Part shown: piece by piece, positions 16,669 to 24,000 of the stretch
How positions within the stretch are numbered: the first letter of the stretch is position 1
Layout: the number at the start of each line of letters is the position of its first letter
Position numbers and translations under genes: made by a program
Origin: Oribacterium sp. oral taxon 078 str. F0262
GTDB lineage: Bacteria > Bacillota > Clostridia > Lachnospirales > Lachnospiraceae
DNA: 24,000 bases
Direction: 5' to 3'
Assembly: GCF_000160135.1 (NCBI RefSeq)
Contig: NZ_GG729933.1
Location: 800,311-824,310 of the forward strand
The notes under the pieces: model-generated
Databases searched by the model: none
What the model was told of the DNA's origin: nothing
What the model saw: the letters and a program-made list of their open reading frames with translations, nothing else

Positions 16669-19600
16669 ATGACCAATTTCGATTATTTGAAAAAGGAGGC
16701 AAAATTTAACACATTTTCTGATGTGGCGATTGCAGCTGAAAAAATATTATATATAGATCCTACCTCCTGCATAATTAACTGTCGTAGGGCAATGGAGTTT
16801 GCAATAAAGTGGATGTATTCCGTTGATGCATCCCTGACCATGCCTTATCAGGACAATCTGATAAGTCTTATGAGCACAGAAGAATTCAGGGATATTATCG
16901 ATGATGACCTTATGAAACGTATGGACTTCATCCGTAAGATGGGGAATAATGCTGCTCATTCAAACAAGAAGATTACAGAGGATCAAGCTATCCTGTGTCT
17001 TGAAAATCTTCAGATTTTCTTTGATTTTGTATGCTATTGCTATGCAGATGAGTATGAAGAACATACCTTTGACAAGGCTCTCCTGGTAAAGGATGAAACA
17101 GCACAGTTTAATAATGATTTCCCGGATGTAGATATTGAAAAGCTCATTGAAGAGAATTCTGCGTTAAAGAAAGAATTGACTTCACGTCGTGAAGAACAGG
17201 TGGAGACCTACGTTCCGAAGCCGTTGGATCTTTCTGAGTATAAAACTCGTAAGATTTATATTGATGCAATGCTTATGGATGCGGGATGGAAGGAAGGCTC
17301 CGATTGGATCAATGAAGTAGAACTTCCTGGAATGCCGAACAAATCTGAAGTGAGATACGCTGATTATGTTCTTTATGACAATTCGCATAAACCGCTTGCC
17401 GTTATTGAGGCAAAAAGAACATGCGCCGACGTTTCAAAAGGGCATCGGCAGGCTAAACTCTATGCAGATCTTTTGGAAAAGCAATATAAGAGAAGACCTT
17501 GCGTTTTCTTAACAAATGGTTTCGAGACAAGAATCATAGATGGGCAATACCCCGAGAGAAAGGTTGCCGGCATTTATTCTAAAGCTGACCTTGAAAAGAT
17601 GTTTAATCTCAGAAGGATGCGGACATCTCTTGATCATATAAATGTAGATGAGAAGATTGCCGGTCGTTACTATCAGGAGGCTGCTATAAAAGCGGTATGT
17701 GACAGCTTTGATAAGAAGAATCGTCGGAAAGCGCTTCTTGTCATGGCTACAGGATCCGGTAAGACAAGAACAGTAATAGAACTATGTCATGTGCTTCTAG
17801 ATGCAGGATGGATTAAAAACATTCTCTTCTTAGCTGATAGAACATCTCTTGTAATACAGGCTAAGAGAGCATTTGTAAATAACTATGCTTCTCTTTCGGT
17901 TACAAATCTTTGCGAAGAAAAAGACAACTATAATGCCCACTGTGTATTTTCAACTTATCAGACAATGATGAGTTGTATCGATTCTGTAAAGGCTGAAGAT
18001 CAAAAGCTGTTTACTAGCGGCCATTTTGACCTCGTGATATGTGATGAGGCTCATAGATCAATATATAACAAATATAGAGATATCTTTACTTACTTTGATG
18101 CGCCACTTGTAGGTCTTACGGCTACTCCGAAGGATGATATTGATAAGAATACTTATGAGATATTTGAACTGGAACCAGGCGTTCCGACTTACGGTTATGA
18201 GCTTGGGCAGGCTGTAACCGATGGATATCTTGTGGATTTCTTGTCCGTAGAGACAAAGCTTAAGTTCATAGAGCAGGGAATCGTGTATGGAGATCTTTCT
18301 GAGGAAGATAAAGCAATTTATGAAAGTACTTTTGAAATGGAAGACGGAGATGTTCCGGAAGCCATAAGTTCATCAGCACTTAACTCATGGATTTTTAACG
18401 AAGATACCATTCGTCAGGTGCTTCATACCGTTATGACAGAGGGCATTAAGATAGATTATGGACAGAAGCTTGGAAAGACTATCATCTTTGCAAAGAATCA
18501 TGATCACGCAGAAAAGATCCTTGAGATATTTAATAAGGATTATCCGCACTTAAACGGATTTGCACAGATTATTGATAACAGGATTAATTATGCCCAGACA
18601 TTGATAGATGAGTTCTCGGAGCCTAAAAAACTTCCGCAGATAGCGATATCCGTAGATATGATGGATACCGGTATCGATGTACCGGAAGTATTGAATCTTG
18701 TTTTTTTCAAGAAAGTAATGAGTTACGCTAAGTTCTGGCAGATGATTGGTCGAGGAACCAGACTTTGTCCGGGACTTATAGATGGTGAAGATAAGAGCAA
18801 GTTTTATATATTTGACTTTTGTGGGAATTTTGAATTCTTCCGCATGAGTAAAGGAAAACCTACAGCCAATATGATTGCCCTTCAGGGAGCCATCTTTAAT
18901 CTACAGTTTGAGATTGCTTATAAACTGCAAGATCTGGATTACCAGGTAGACAGGCTTATAGCATATCGTAACGCATTGGTAGAGATGATGACCGGAAAGG
19001 TGCAGGAGCTCCCTCGTGAAAACTTTGCGGTAAGGCAACATTTGAAATATGTTGATTTATATTCGGTTGAGACAAATTATCAGACACTGACGTATGAAGA
19101 TACGTTACTTGTCAGGGAAGAGTTGGCTCCGCTGATTCTTCCGAACGATGACGAGGCAAGTGCGGTACGTTTTGATGCGCTTATGTATGGCATAGAGCTT
19201 GCATATCTTGTTGGCAAGAAATATGGCAGAGCCCGTAGCGACCTGTTTAAACGTGTCAGGGGCATTGCAAGTGTTGCAAATATTCCTGAAATAAAAGTGC
19301 AGGCAGAACTTATCGATAAGATTCTTCATACGGATTATATCGATAACTGTGGCATCAACGAGTTTGAGGAAATCAGAGAAAAACTTCGTAATCTTATGAA
19401 GTATATTCCTCATACGAAGCTTCGTTATGATACGAACTTTGAGGATGATATCCTTGATATTTCATGGAAGGAATCAGAACTTGAGAATGATGACCTGAAG
19501 AATTACAAGGCAAAAGCAGAGTACTACATCCGTGAACATCAGGATAACGAGGCAATTAAGAAACTTAAGTCCAACATACCGCTGTCGCATTGTGATATTG

Positions 19601-19959
19601 AGGCATTGGAAAAGGTACTTTGGTCAGAACTTGGCACCAAGGAAGAATATGAGCAGGAATATGGATCTAAGCCTCTGGGCGAGCTCGTTCGTGAAATTGT
19701 CGGTCTTGATATGAATGCTGCTAAGGCGGCATTTTCAGAGTACCTGGAGAGCAACAACCTTGATAGCCGGCAGATATACTTTGTGAACCAGATTGTAGAG
19801 TATATCGTTCACAATGGCATGATGAAGGATCTGTCCGTTCTTCAAGAATCTCCGTTTACAGATCAGGGCAGCGTAGTTGAGATATTTACGGACCTCAATG
19901 TCTGGATGGGAATCCGGAAGGTAATAGAAAGCATAAATGATAACGCGATAGCGGCGTAA
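16669..19959 (+). CDS. hsdR: Type I restriction enzyme, R (endonuclease/translocase) subunit, with an N-terminal DUF4145-like domain
   Basis: It has a PD-(D/E)xK nuclease region (ADYVLYD...VIEAKR), helicase motif I (MATGSGKTRT), motif II (VICDEAHRS), motif III (GLTATP) and motif VI (QMIGRGTRL), plus an EcoEI-type C-terminal domain. The AAGGAGG RBS is at 16655-16661. Confidence 0.95.
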   Translation: MTNFDYLKKEAKFNTFSDVAIAAEKILYIDPTSCIINCRRAMEFAIKWMYSVDASLTMPYQDNLISLMSTEEFRDIIDDDLMKRMDFIRKMGNNAAHSNKKITEDQAILCLENLQIFFDFVCYCYADEYEEHTFDKALLVKDETAQFNNDFPDVDIEKLIEENSALKKELTSRREEQVETYVPKPLDLSEYKTRKIYIDAMLMDAGWKEGSDWINEVELPGMPNKSEVRYADYVLYDNSHKPLAVIEAKRTCADVSKGHRQAKLYADLLEKQYKRRPCVFLTNGFETRIIDGQYPERKVAGIYSKADLEKMFNLRRMRTSLDHINVDEKIAGRYYQEAAIKAVCDSFDKKNRRKALLVMATGSGKTRTVIELCHVLLDAGWIKNILFLADRTSLVIQAKRAFVNNYASLSVTNLCEEKDNYNAHCVFSTYQTMMSCIDSVKAEDQKLFTSGHFDLVICDEAHRSIYNKYRDIFTYFDAPLVGLTATPKDDIDKNTYEIFELEPGVPTYGYELGQAVTDGYLVDFLSVETKLKFIEQGIVYGDLSEEDKAIYESTFEMEDGDVPEAISSSALNSWIFNEDTIRQVLHTVMTEGIKIDYGQKLGKTIIFAKNHDHAEKILEIFNKDYPHLNGFAQIIDNRINYAQTLIDEFSEPKKLPQIAISVDMMDTGIDVPEVLNLVFFKKVMSYAKFWQMIGRGTRLCPGLIDGEDKSKFYIFDFCGNFEFFRMSKGKPTANMIALQGAIFNLQFEIAYKLQDLDYQVDRLIAYRNALVEMMTGKVQELPRENFAVRQHLKYVDLYSVETNYQTLTYEDTLLVREELAPLILPNDDEASAVRFDALMYGIELAYLVGKKYGRARSDLFKRVRGIASVANIPEIKVQAELIDKILHTDYIDNCGINEFEEIREKLRNLMKYIPHTKLRYDTNFEDDILDISWKESELENDDLKNYKAKAEYYIREHQDNEAIKKLKSNIPLSHCDIEALEKVLWSELGTKEEYEQEYGSKPLGELVREIVGLDMNAAKAAFSEYLESNNLDSRQIYFVNQIVEYIVHNGMMKDLSVLQESPFTDQGSVVEIFTDLNVWMGIRKVIESINDNAIAA

Positions 19960-19999
19960 ATAGTAAAGGAGAATGGCTTAAAAGGCCTGTTGGTGAAAA

Positions 20000-22186
20000 A
20001 TGAAGGCTGGAGATATTATTGCTGGAAAGTGGCTAGTAAAGGCTGAAGGTGAAGGGGGAGGCCAAGGAACTGTATATAAGGTAGTAGAACAAGATGCAAG
20101 TGAAGAGGAATATGCATTAAAGTTTTTGCATAAACAAAAAGATCAAGAGCGTAGAGAGAGAATGCATTATGAGGTTCAGAATGTTTCTCAGTTGGATAGT
20201 GTTCATTTGATGAGGATTGTGGAATCAAATACGGATCAATATGAGGATGAAACGGTAAAACTGTATTATGTTGCAGACTTTATCGAAGGAATGTCCTTAG
20301 AAAAATATGTTGAATCACATGATACAGATTTTGATACGGCGCTAAACTTTTTTGTGGAATTGTTGAATGTTTTGTATTATTGTCATTCGAATAATATCAT
20401 TCATAGAGATATTAAACCAGATAATATTATGTTACCAAATGGTGAACTGATGTCTTTTGTTCTTATAGATTTTGGATTATCGTTTAATCGTGAAGAGCAA
20501 GAGGGAATAACCGAAACAAATCAGCAGCTTGGGAACCGATTCATCCTTTTGCCGGAACTTGTGAGTGGGTCTTCTGAACAGAAGAGAATGCCACAGTCTG
20601 ATATTACGCAGGCAGCTGCAGTGTTTTTATATATATTGACGGGGTGTATTCCAAATTCGTTGTTTGATGGTGAGGGAAAGCAACCGCATCTTAGACATCG
20701 GTGCCAAAGTGCTTTGCGCTCCAAAGTATTGGAAAGAAATGCGTGGGATAATATAAACTGTATTCTTAGTAGATGCTTTGCTAATAATGTTGAGGAACGT
20801 TATTCGGATGAAAAAGAATTGTTACGAGAAATTCAGAATATACATGAACGTCGCGTGACAGAGATTGGAGGAGATATAATGGTAATAAATGCTGAGATGT
20901 CCCAGAATACCAGTAATGGGCTTACTACTTTGCGATATTCTGAATTGATGAACAATTTAAATCCTTGTTTAGAAATATGTAATCCTGCGGGATTGCAGTT
21001 ACCATTAGAGACAAATGTTGAACAGTTAATCACGTATGGAATCGCGTTGCCGAAACCTGTTCAAGCAAAAGTAGTAAAGTATTATATGGATGGGGATTTT
21101 GCAACTGCTACAGAGCATGTTTGGCCCAGGGCAATCAACATTCTTCGTAGAAGAATCCTGTCATTGGGCGAAGACTTTGTAGCAGATATGGTCGAGACAA
21201 CCGATTTGGAGTATGTTAGAGAGTTGCCTGCGTACAAAGTTATAGAGTTGTCTAGTGAGCTCGGATTTATAGATAAGAAAGGGAAAAGACAACTTCTTAA
21301 TGCTAATGAGTATTATAATTTTTTCCAAAATACAGAGGCTGACGATTATGAAGAAATGCCAAAGGATGAGGCAAATATAATAATAAAAAATGGGATTAAG
21401 TACATTTTATATAACAATGAAGATTCTTTTGGGCTTCAATTTAATGATTTTAGGGAGAAATTAAAAACAGGCAGAATATCAGAACTTTTTGAAGATGATG
21501 AGGTTATGTTTGAGTCATGCCCATATTTTTACTTGAAGATAACAGTTAGATCTTTGCTGAATTTGTTCTCTGATACGGAAGGAATTGAGTTCGATAATGT
21601 TTCTATCAACATGAATAGCTTCTTCCCGAAGGCATGGGGGCGGCTAAAGTTTGATGAGAGAAGAGCTCTTGCAGATATGTATTCAGATTATCAAAGTAAC
21701 AGAGATTCTAAGCGCGTAAATGTACTTAGTAAAATAATGGTAGCCGTTCATGGATTTGATTATGTTAAAGAAAACGAAAGATTGCGTACATATATTGCAG
21801 TTGCACGTAAATTAAAAGATATTCATTTCTCAATGAATAATTTTTATAATGAGCCGAGCCAGATTAAGCTATTAGAGGATTTGGGAACGATAATTCCTTC
21901 ATTGGCTTTAAAAGATTGTATAACAGCGATACTCTTTATAAAGTTAGGGAATCAGTATGGAACAAGTTGGTCTGCTGAAGATATAGCGGACAGGTTGTTA
22001 GCCCGATTAACAGAAACTGAATGGAGGACGTATTTGGAGCAGTATTTTAAGGAGGAAGAGGAGTTACAGGATTACATTACAAATTGCAATAAGATGAGGC
22101 AGAACTGGAAAAATGTTATTGCTACATACAAACTAAAGGAGTTAAATATTACTGATGTCATAGCAAAAAGATTTGTCTCCATTTAA
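20000..22186 (+). CDS. Hanks-type Ser/Thr protein kinase domain (about aa 1-285) fused to a roughly 440-aa C-terminal domain of unknown function
   Basis: It has the Gly loop GEGGGQGTVYK, the Lys of YALKF (K41), the catalytic loop HRDIKPDN (20402-20425), DFG (20468-20476) and a late Arg (EERYSDEKELL). I saw no TM segment and no PASTA, FHA or TPR signature. It starts 40 nt after hsdR on the same strand. Confidence 0.85.
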   Translation: MKAGDIIAGKWLVKAEGEGGGQGTVYKVVEQDASEEEYALKFLHKQKDQERRERMHYEVQNVSQLDSVHLMRIVESNTDQYEDETVKLYYVADFIEGMSLEKYVESHDTDFDTALNFFVELLNVLYYCHSNNIIHRDIKPDNIMLPNGELMSFVLIDFGLSFNREEQEGITETNQQLGNRFILLPELVSGSSEQKRMPQSDITQAAAVFLYILTGCIPNSLFDGEGKQPHLRHRCQSALRSKVLERNAWDNINCILSRCFANNVEERYSDEKELLREIQNIHERRVTEIGGDIMVINAEMSQNTSNGLTTLRYSELMNNLNPCLEICNPAGLQLPLETNVEQLITYGIALPKPVQAKVVKYYMDGDFATATEHVWPRAINILRRRILSLGEDFVADMVETTDLEYVRELPAYKVIELSSELGFIDKKGKRQLLNANEYYNFFQNTEADDYEEMPKDEANIIIKNGIKYILYNNEDSFGLQFNDFREKLKTGRISELFEDDEVMFESCPYFYLKITVRSLLNLFSDTEGIEFDNVSINMNSFFPKAWGRLKFDERRALADMYSDYQSNRDSKRVNVLSKIMVAVHGFDYVKENERLRTYIAVARKLKDIHFSMNNFYNEPSQIKLLEDLGTIIPSLALKDCITAILFIKLGNQYGTSWSAEDIADRLLARLTETEWRTYLEQYFKEEEELQDYITNCNKMRQNWKNVIATYKLKELNITDVIAKRFVSI

Positions 22187-22193
22187 GTTCCGT

Positions 22194-22216
22194 TTTGGGT
22201 ACACTTTGGGTACAAT
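22194..22216 (+). repeat. Right boundary repeat TTTGGGTAC-ACT-TTGGGTAC-AAT (putative attR, or the attL of the next element)
   Basis: It shares the 14-mer TTTGGGTACACTTT and the double 8-mer layout with 9017-9040. It begins 8 nt after the kinase stop. Confidence 0.6.
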
Positions 22217-22429
22217 AGCATTTGAACGGTATGAATATATCGAAAAGCGTATCAAATAATACGTATAAGAAATACGAAAAGAATAGAAAAAAACGGTTTG
22301 AATTTCCCGAGTAATTGAGCTAGAATAATATCTCACCTCTTAAAAAGCTTTATTTTATGCGGGGTTCAAGCAAAAATGCTTAAGCTGTGGCAACGTTTTG
22401 GCAACAGTATCTGACATCTGAATCATTCT

Positions 22430-22483
22430 AAAAAAGTAGCGCTGTCTGATTTACATCGTGTAAGTCAGGCAGCGCTATTTTTC
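22430..22483. terminator. Bidirectional intrinsic terminator that ends the second XRE gene
   Basis: TAGCGCTGTCTGATTTACA pairs with TGTAAGTCAGGCAGCGCTA (22437-22477, two G-U pairs). An A-run lies upstream and a T-run downstream. Confidence 0.7.
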
Positions 22484-22491
22484 TGTTCTTC

Positions 22492-22953
22492 CTATTTATC
22501 TTTTTTCCAATTTATGTAATGCGGGTAGTTTAGCTTCCAGTTGCTGTAGTCATCGAGCGAGGCGGAATCCTTCTGGTCCTGTTTCCAGGCTTCATACCAG
22601 TGCTGCATCATATCGAACAGCTCCGGATAATCCTTGCGGTGCCGGTCGAGCCGGATGCAGAGTTCTCCGTCGATCTCATCCACGTGCATCCCGTAGGTGT
22701 CTTCGAGATCGAACAAGGTGTACATGAGACCTATGTAGGTTCCGTAATCCACGGAAGAAATGGCATGTGGATTGACTTGCAGCACCTCGGCGATCTGCCG
22801 GATCAGATCGTCCTTGGGCTTTCTGGTTCCTGATTCATACTGCGCGATACGTACATCAGCGGATCGTTCCGGAAAACCCAGCGCGATGCCCAGTTCCTTC
22901 TGTGTCAGACCGCGCTGCATCCGTACGCGCCTGATCCGTTCACCTATTGTCAT
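22492..22953 (-). CDS. XRE-family HTH regulator, paralog of 9070..9621
   Basis: MTIGERIRRVRMQRGLTQKELG matches MTIGENIRRIRKERGLTLKQLG, and the size and architecture are the same. I chose the start at 22953 because it follows GGGAG on the minus strand; the track start at 23025 adds an implausible hydrophobic leader. Confidence 0.75.
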   Translation of the reverse strand: MTIGERIRRVRMQRGLTQKELGIALGFPERSADVRIAQYESGTRKPKDDLIRQIAEVLQVNPHAISSVDYGTYIGLMYTLFDLEDTYGMHVDEIDGELCIRLDRHRKDYPELFDMMQHWYEAWKQDQKDSASLDDYSNWKLNYPHYINWKKDK

Positions 22954-23078
22954 AAGCGGCTCCCTGCGAGTGAAATTAAACATAAAAGCTAAAGACAGTA
23001 TACAGCGGAGAAAGGATAACATCAAGTTGAATTAAGCAAAAAAGTTTATAAATTTTCCAGTTGTTAATTGCTATTCGA

Positions 23079-23110
23079 AGTTCCACCTGGAAATCTGAAA
23101 GGTGGAACTT
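23079..23110. repeat. Perfect 11-bp inverted repeat AAGTTCCACCT-N10-AGGTGGAACTT
   Basis: I read it directly from the sequence. It overlaps the first of two direct repeats, GGAACTTAATTCTTCCGAA (23104-23122), whose second copy is GGAAGTTAATTCTTCTGAA (23132-23150). Confidence 0.6.
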
Positions 23111-23211
23111 AATTCTTCCGAAGAATGGGATGGAAGTTAATTCTTCTGAAAAAGTATTATAATGGAGGTCTTGGTCCACCACCTGTTGCTCCGACCAGAA
23201 CAGGAGGATCC

Positions 23212-24000
23212 ATGACTAAATATAAGCAGCTTACCCTTGATAATCGGCTCTTGATCGAGGCCGGTCTCAAGGAGGGGAATTCCTTCAGGGGCATCGGCGA
23301 GAGGATCGGTAAGGACTGCTCCACCGTCTCGAAAGAGGTCCGCTCTCACCTGGTATTTAAGAAAAGCGGAGCCTACGGCAGGCCGTTCAATGACTGCATC
23401 AACCGCAAGGGATGCCGGATTTCCAGCGCCTGCAAGGCATGTTCACCGGAAAAGGCTCGGGTTCGTTACTGCTCTGTCTGCGGCAAGTGCACGACTTCCT
23501 GCACACTCTACAAGAAGGAAGAATGCCCCAGGCTGGCAAAACCTCCGTACGTCTGCAATGGATGCAGCCAACAGCGGCTCTGTACGCTTGAGAAGCGCTT
23601 CTACGATGGGGCAAAAGCCCAGATGGAATACCGTGACGTGCTCTCCGAGGCGCGTCAGGGAATCGCCCTCTCCGACGAGGAGCAAAAGCGACTGGACGAT
23701 ATCATTTCTCCCCTTCTGTTAAAAGGCCAGTCGCTGCACCATATCTGCCTGAACCATAAGGCAGAACTCATGGTCAGTGAACGGACGCTGTATACCTACA
23801 TGGACGCAAACCTCTTCTCTGCCCGGAACATCGATATGCCGCGCAAGGTGAGGATGCATCCCCGCCGCAAAAGGCCGGATACCGTAAAAGTCGATCCCAG
23901 GTGTCGTGAAGGGCGCACTCTGGAAGATTTCAAGGTCTTTATGGATGAGAATCCGGACACCCCTTTGGTCGAGCTCGATTCGGCAGAGGGTACAAAAGGG
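23212..24000 (+). CDS. IS30-family transposase, N-terminal part (continues beyond the window)
   Basis: It is absent from the ORF track because no stop is reached. ATG 23212 follows CAGGAGGA. The N-terminal HTH is LTLDNRLLIEAGLKEGNSFRGIGERIGKDCSTVSKEV, and the second HTH region is SERTLYTYMDANLF...DMPRKVR. A Cys-rich insert lies between them. Confidence 0.75.
   Translation, partial: MTKYKQLTLDNRLLIEAGLKEGNSFRGIGERIGKDCSTVSKEVRSHLVFKKSGAYGRPFNDCINRKGCRISSACKACSPEKARVRYCSVCGKCTTSCTLYKKEECPRLAKPPYVCNGCSQQRLCTLEKRFYDGAKAQMEYRDVLSEARQGIALSDEEQKRLDDIISPLLLKGQSLHHICLNHKAELMVSERTLYTYMDANLFSARNIDMPRKVRMHPRRKRPDTVKVDPRCREGRTLEDFKVFMDENPDTPLVELDSAEGTKG

Larger units (their letters stand above)
9017..22216. 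mobile_element. Degenerate integrative genomic island (about 13.2 kb) downstream of guaA, carrying a defence operon
   Basis: Composition switches abruptly from GC-rich to AT-rich at about 9010 and back after about 22500-23150. Flanking direct repeats are present, and an XRE/Xis/integrase module sits at the guaA-proximal end. Confidence 0.6.

Noticed and set aside
19966-19981. AAAGGAGA followed by ATG-GCT-TAA, a two-codon mini-ORF between hsdR and the kinase gene.
   Set aside because: It is too short to evaluate and could be chance. I noted it only as a possible ribosome-loading site that might aid kinase translation.
22388-22405. TGGCAAC-GTTT-TGGCAAC, resembling a sigma-54 -24/-12 element.
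   Set aside because: The -12 region is TGGCA rather than TTGCA. No plus-strand gene follows; the next features are a terminator and a minus-strand gene. No enhancer-binding protein is in view.
23390-23722. Track ORFs 23390..23722 (+), 23399..23614 (-) and 23443..23685 (-).
   Set aside because: They overlap, out of frame or antisense, the open IS30-family transposase frame that starts at 23212. That frame has a strong RBS and recognisable HTH motifs.

Overview
The window has three parts. GC and AT content were judged by eye, not computed.

(1) 1-9010 is GC-rich host core. It holds the distal part of a D-proline reductase (Stickland) operon: prdC (5' end outside the window), prdA, a small ORF, prdB, prdD and prdE. 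prdB is a selenoprotein whose in-frame TGA splits it into two ORFs in the supplied track. selB follows directly, then guaA with a strong intrinsic terminator. This points to an anaerobic, selenocysteine-using Clostridia-type host.

(2) About 9017-22216 is a sharply AT-rich island of roughly 13.2 kb, inserted just downstream of guaA. It is bracketed by TTGGGTAC-N3-TTGGGTAC direct repeats. It starts with an XRE regulator, a divergent operator region, an Xis-like HTH protein and a decayed tyrosine integrase (frameshifts, a nonsense codon and a 3' truncation). After an orphan gene comes one co-directional, tightly spaced defence gene string:
- a Fic protein
- hsdM and hsdS
- a small membrane ORF split by a TAG, plus a SieB-like two-TM protein
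- an HNH remnant
- hsdR
- a Hanks-type Ser/Thr kinase fused to a roughly 440-aa domain I cannot assign

(3) 22217-24000 holds a second, GC-richer XRE paralog (probably the start of a tandem element) and the 5' part of an IS30-family transposase that runs off the window.

The best candidates for undescribed biology are the kinase fusion appended to hsdR and the membrane module embedded between hsdS and hsdR. Fic is a third accessory layer. I found no rRNA, tRNA or CRISPR array.
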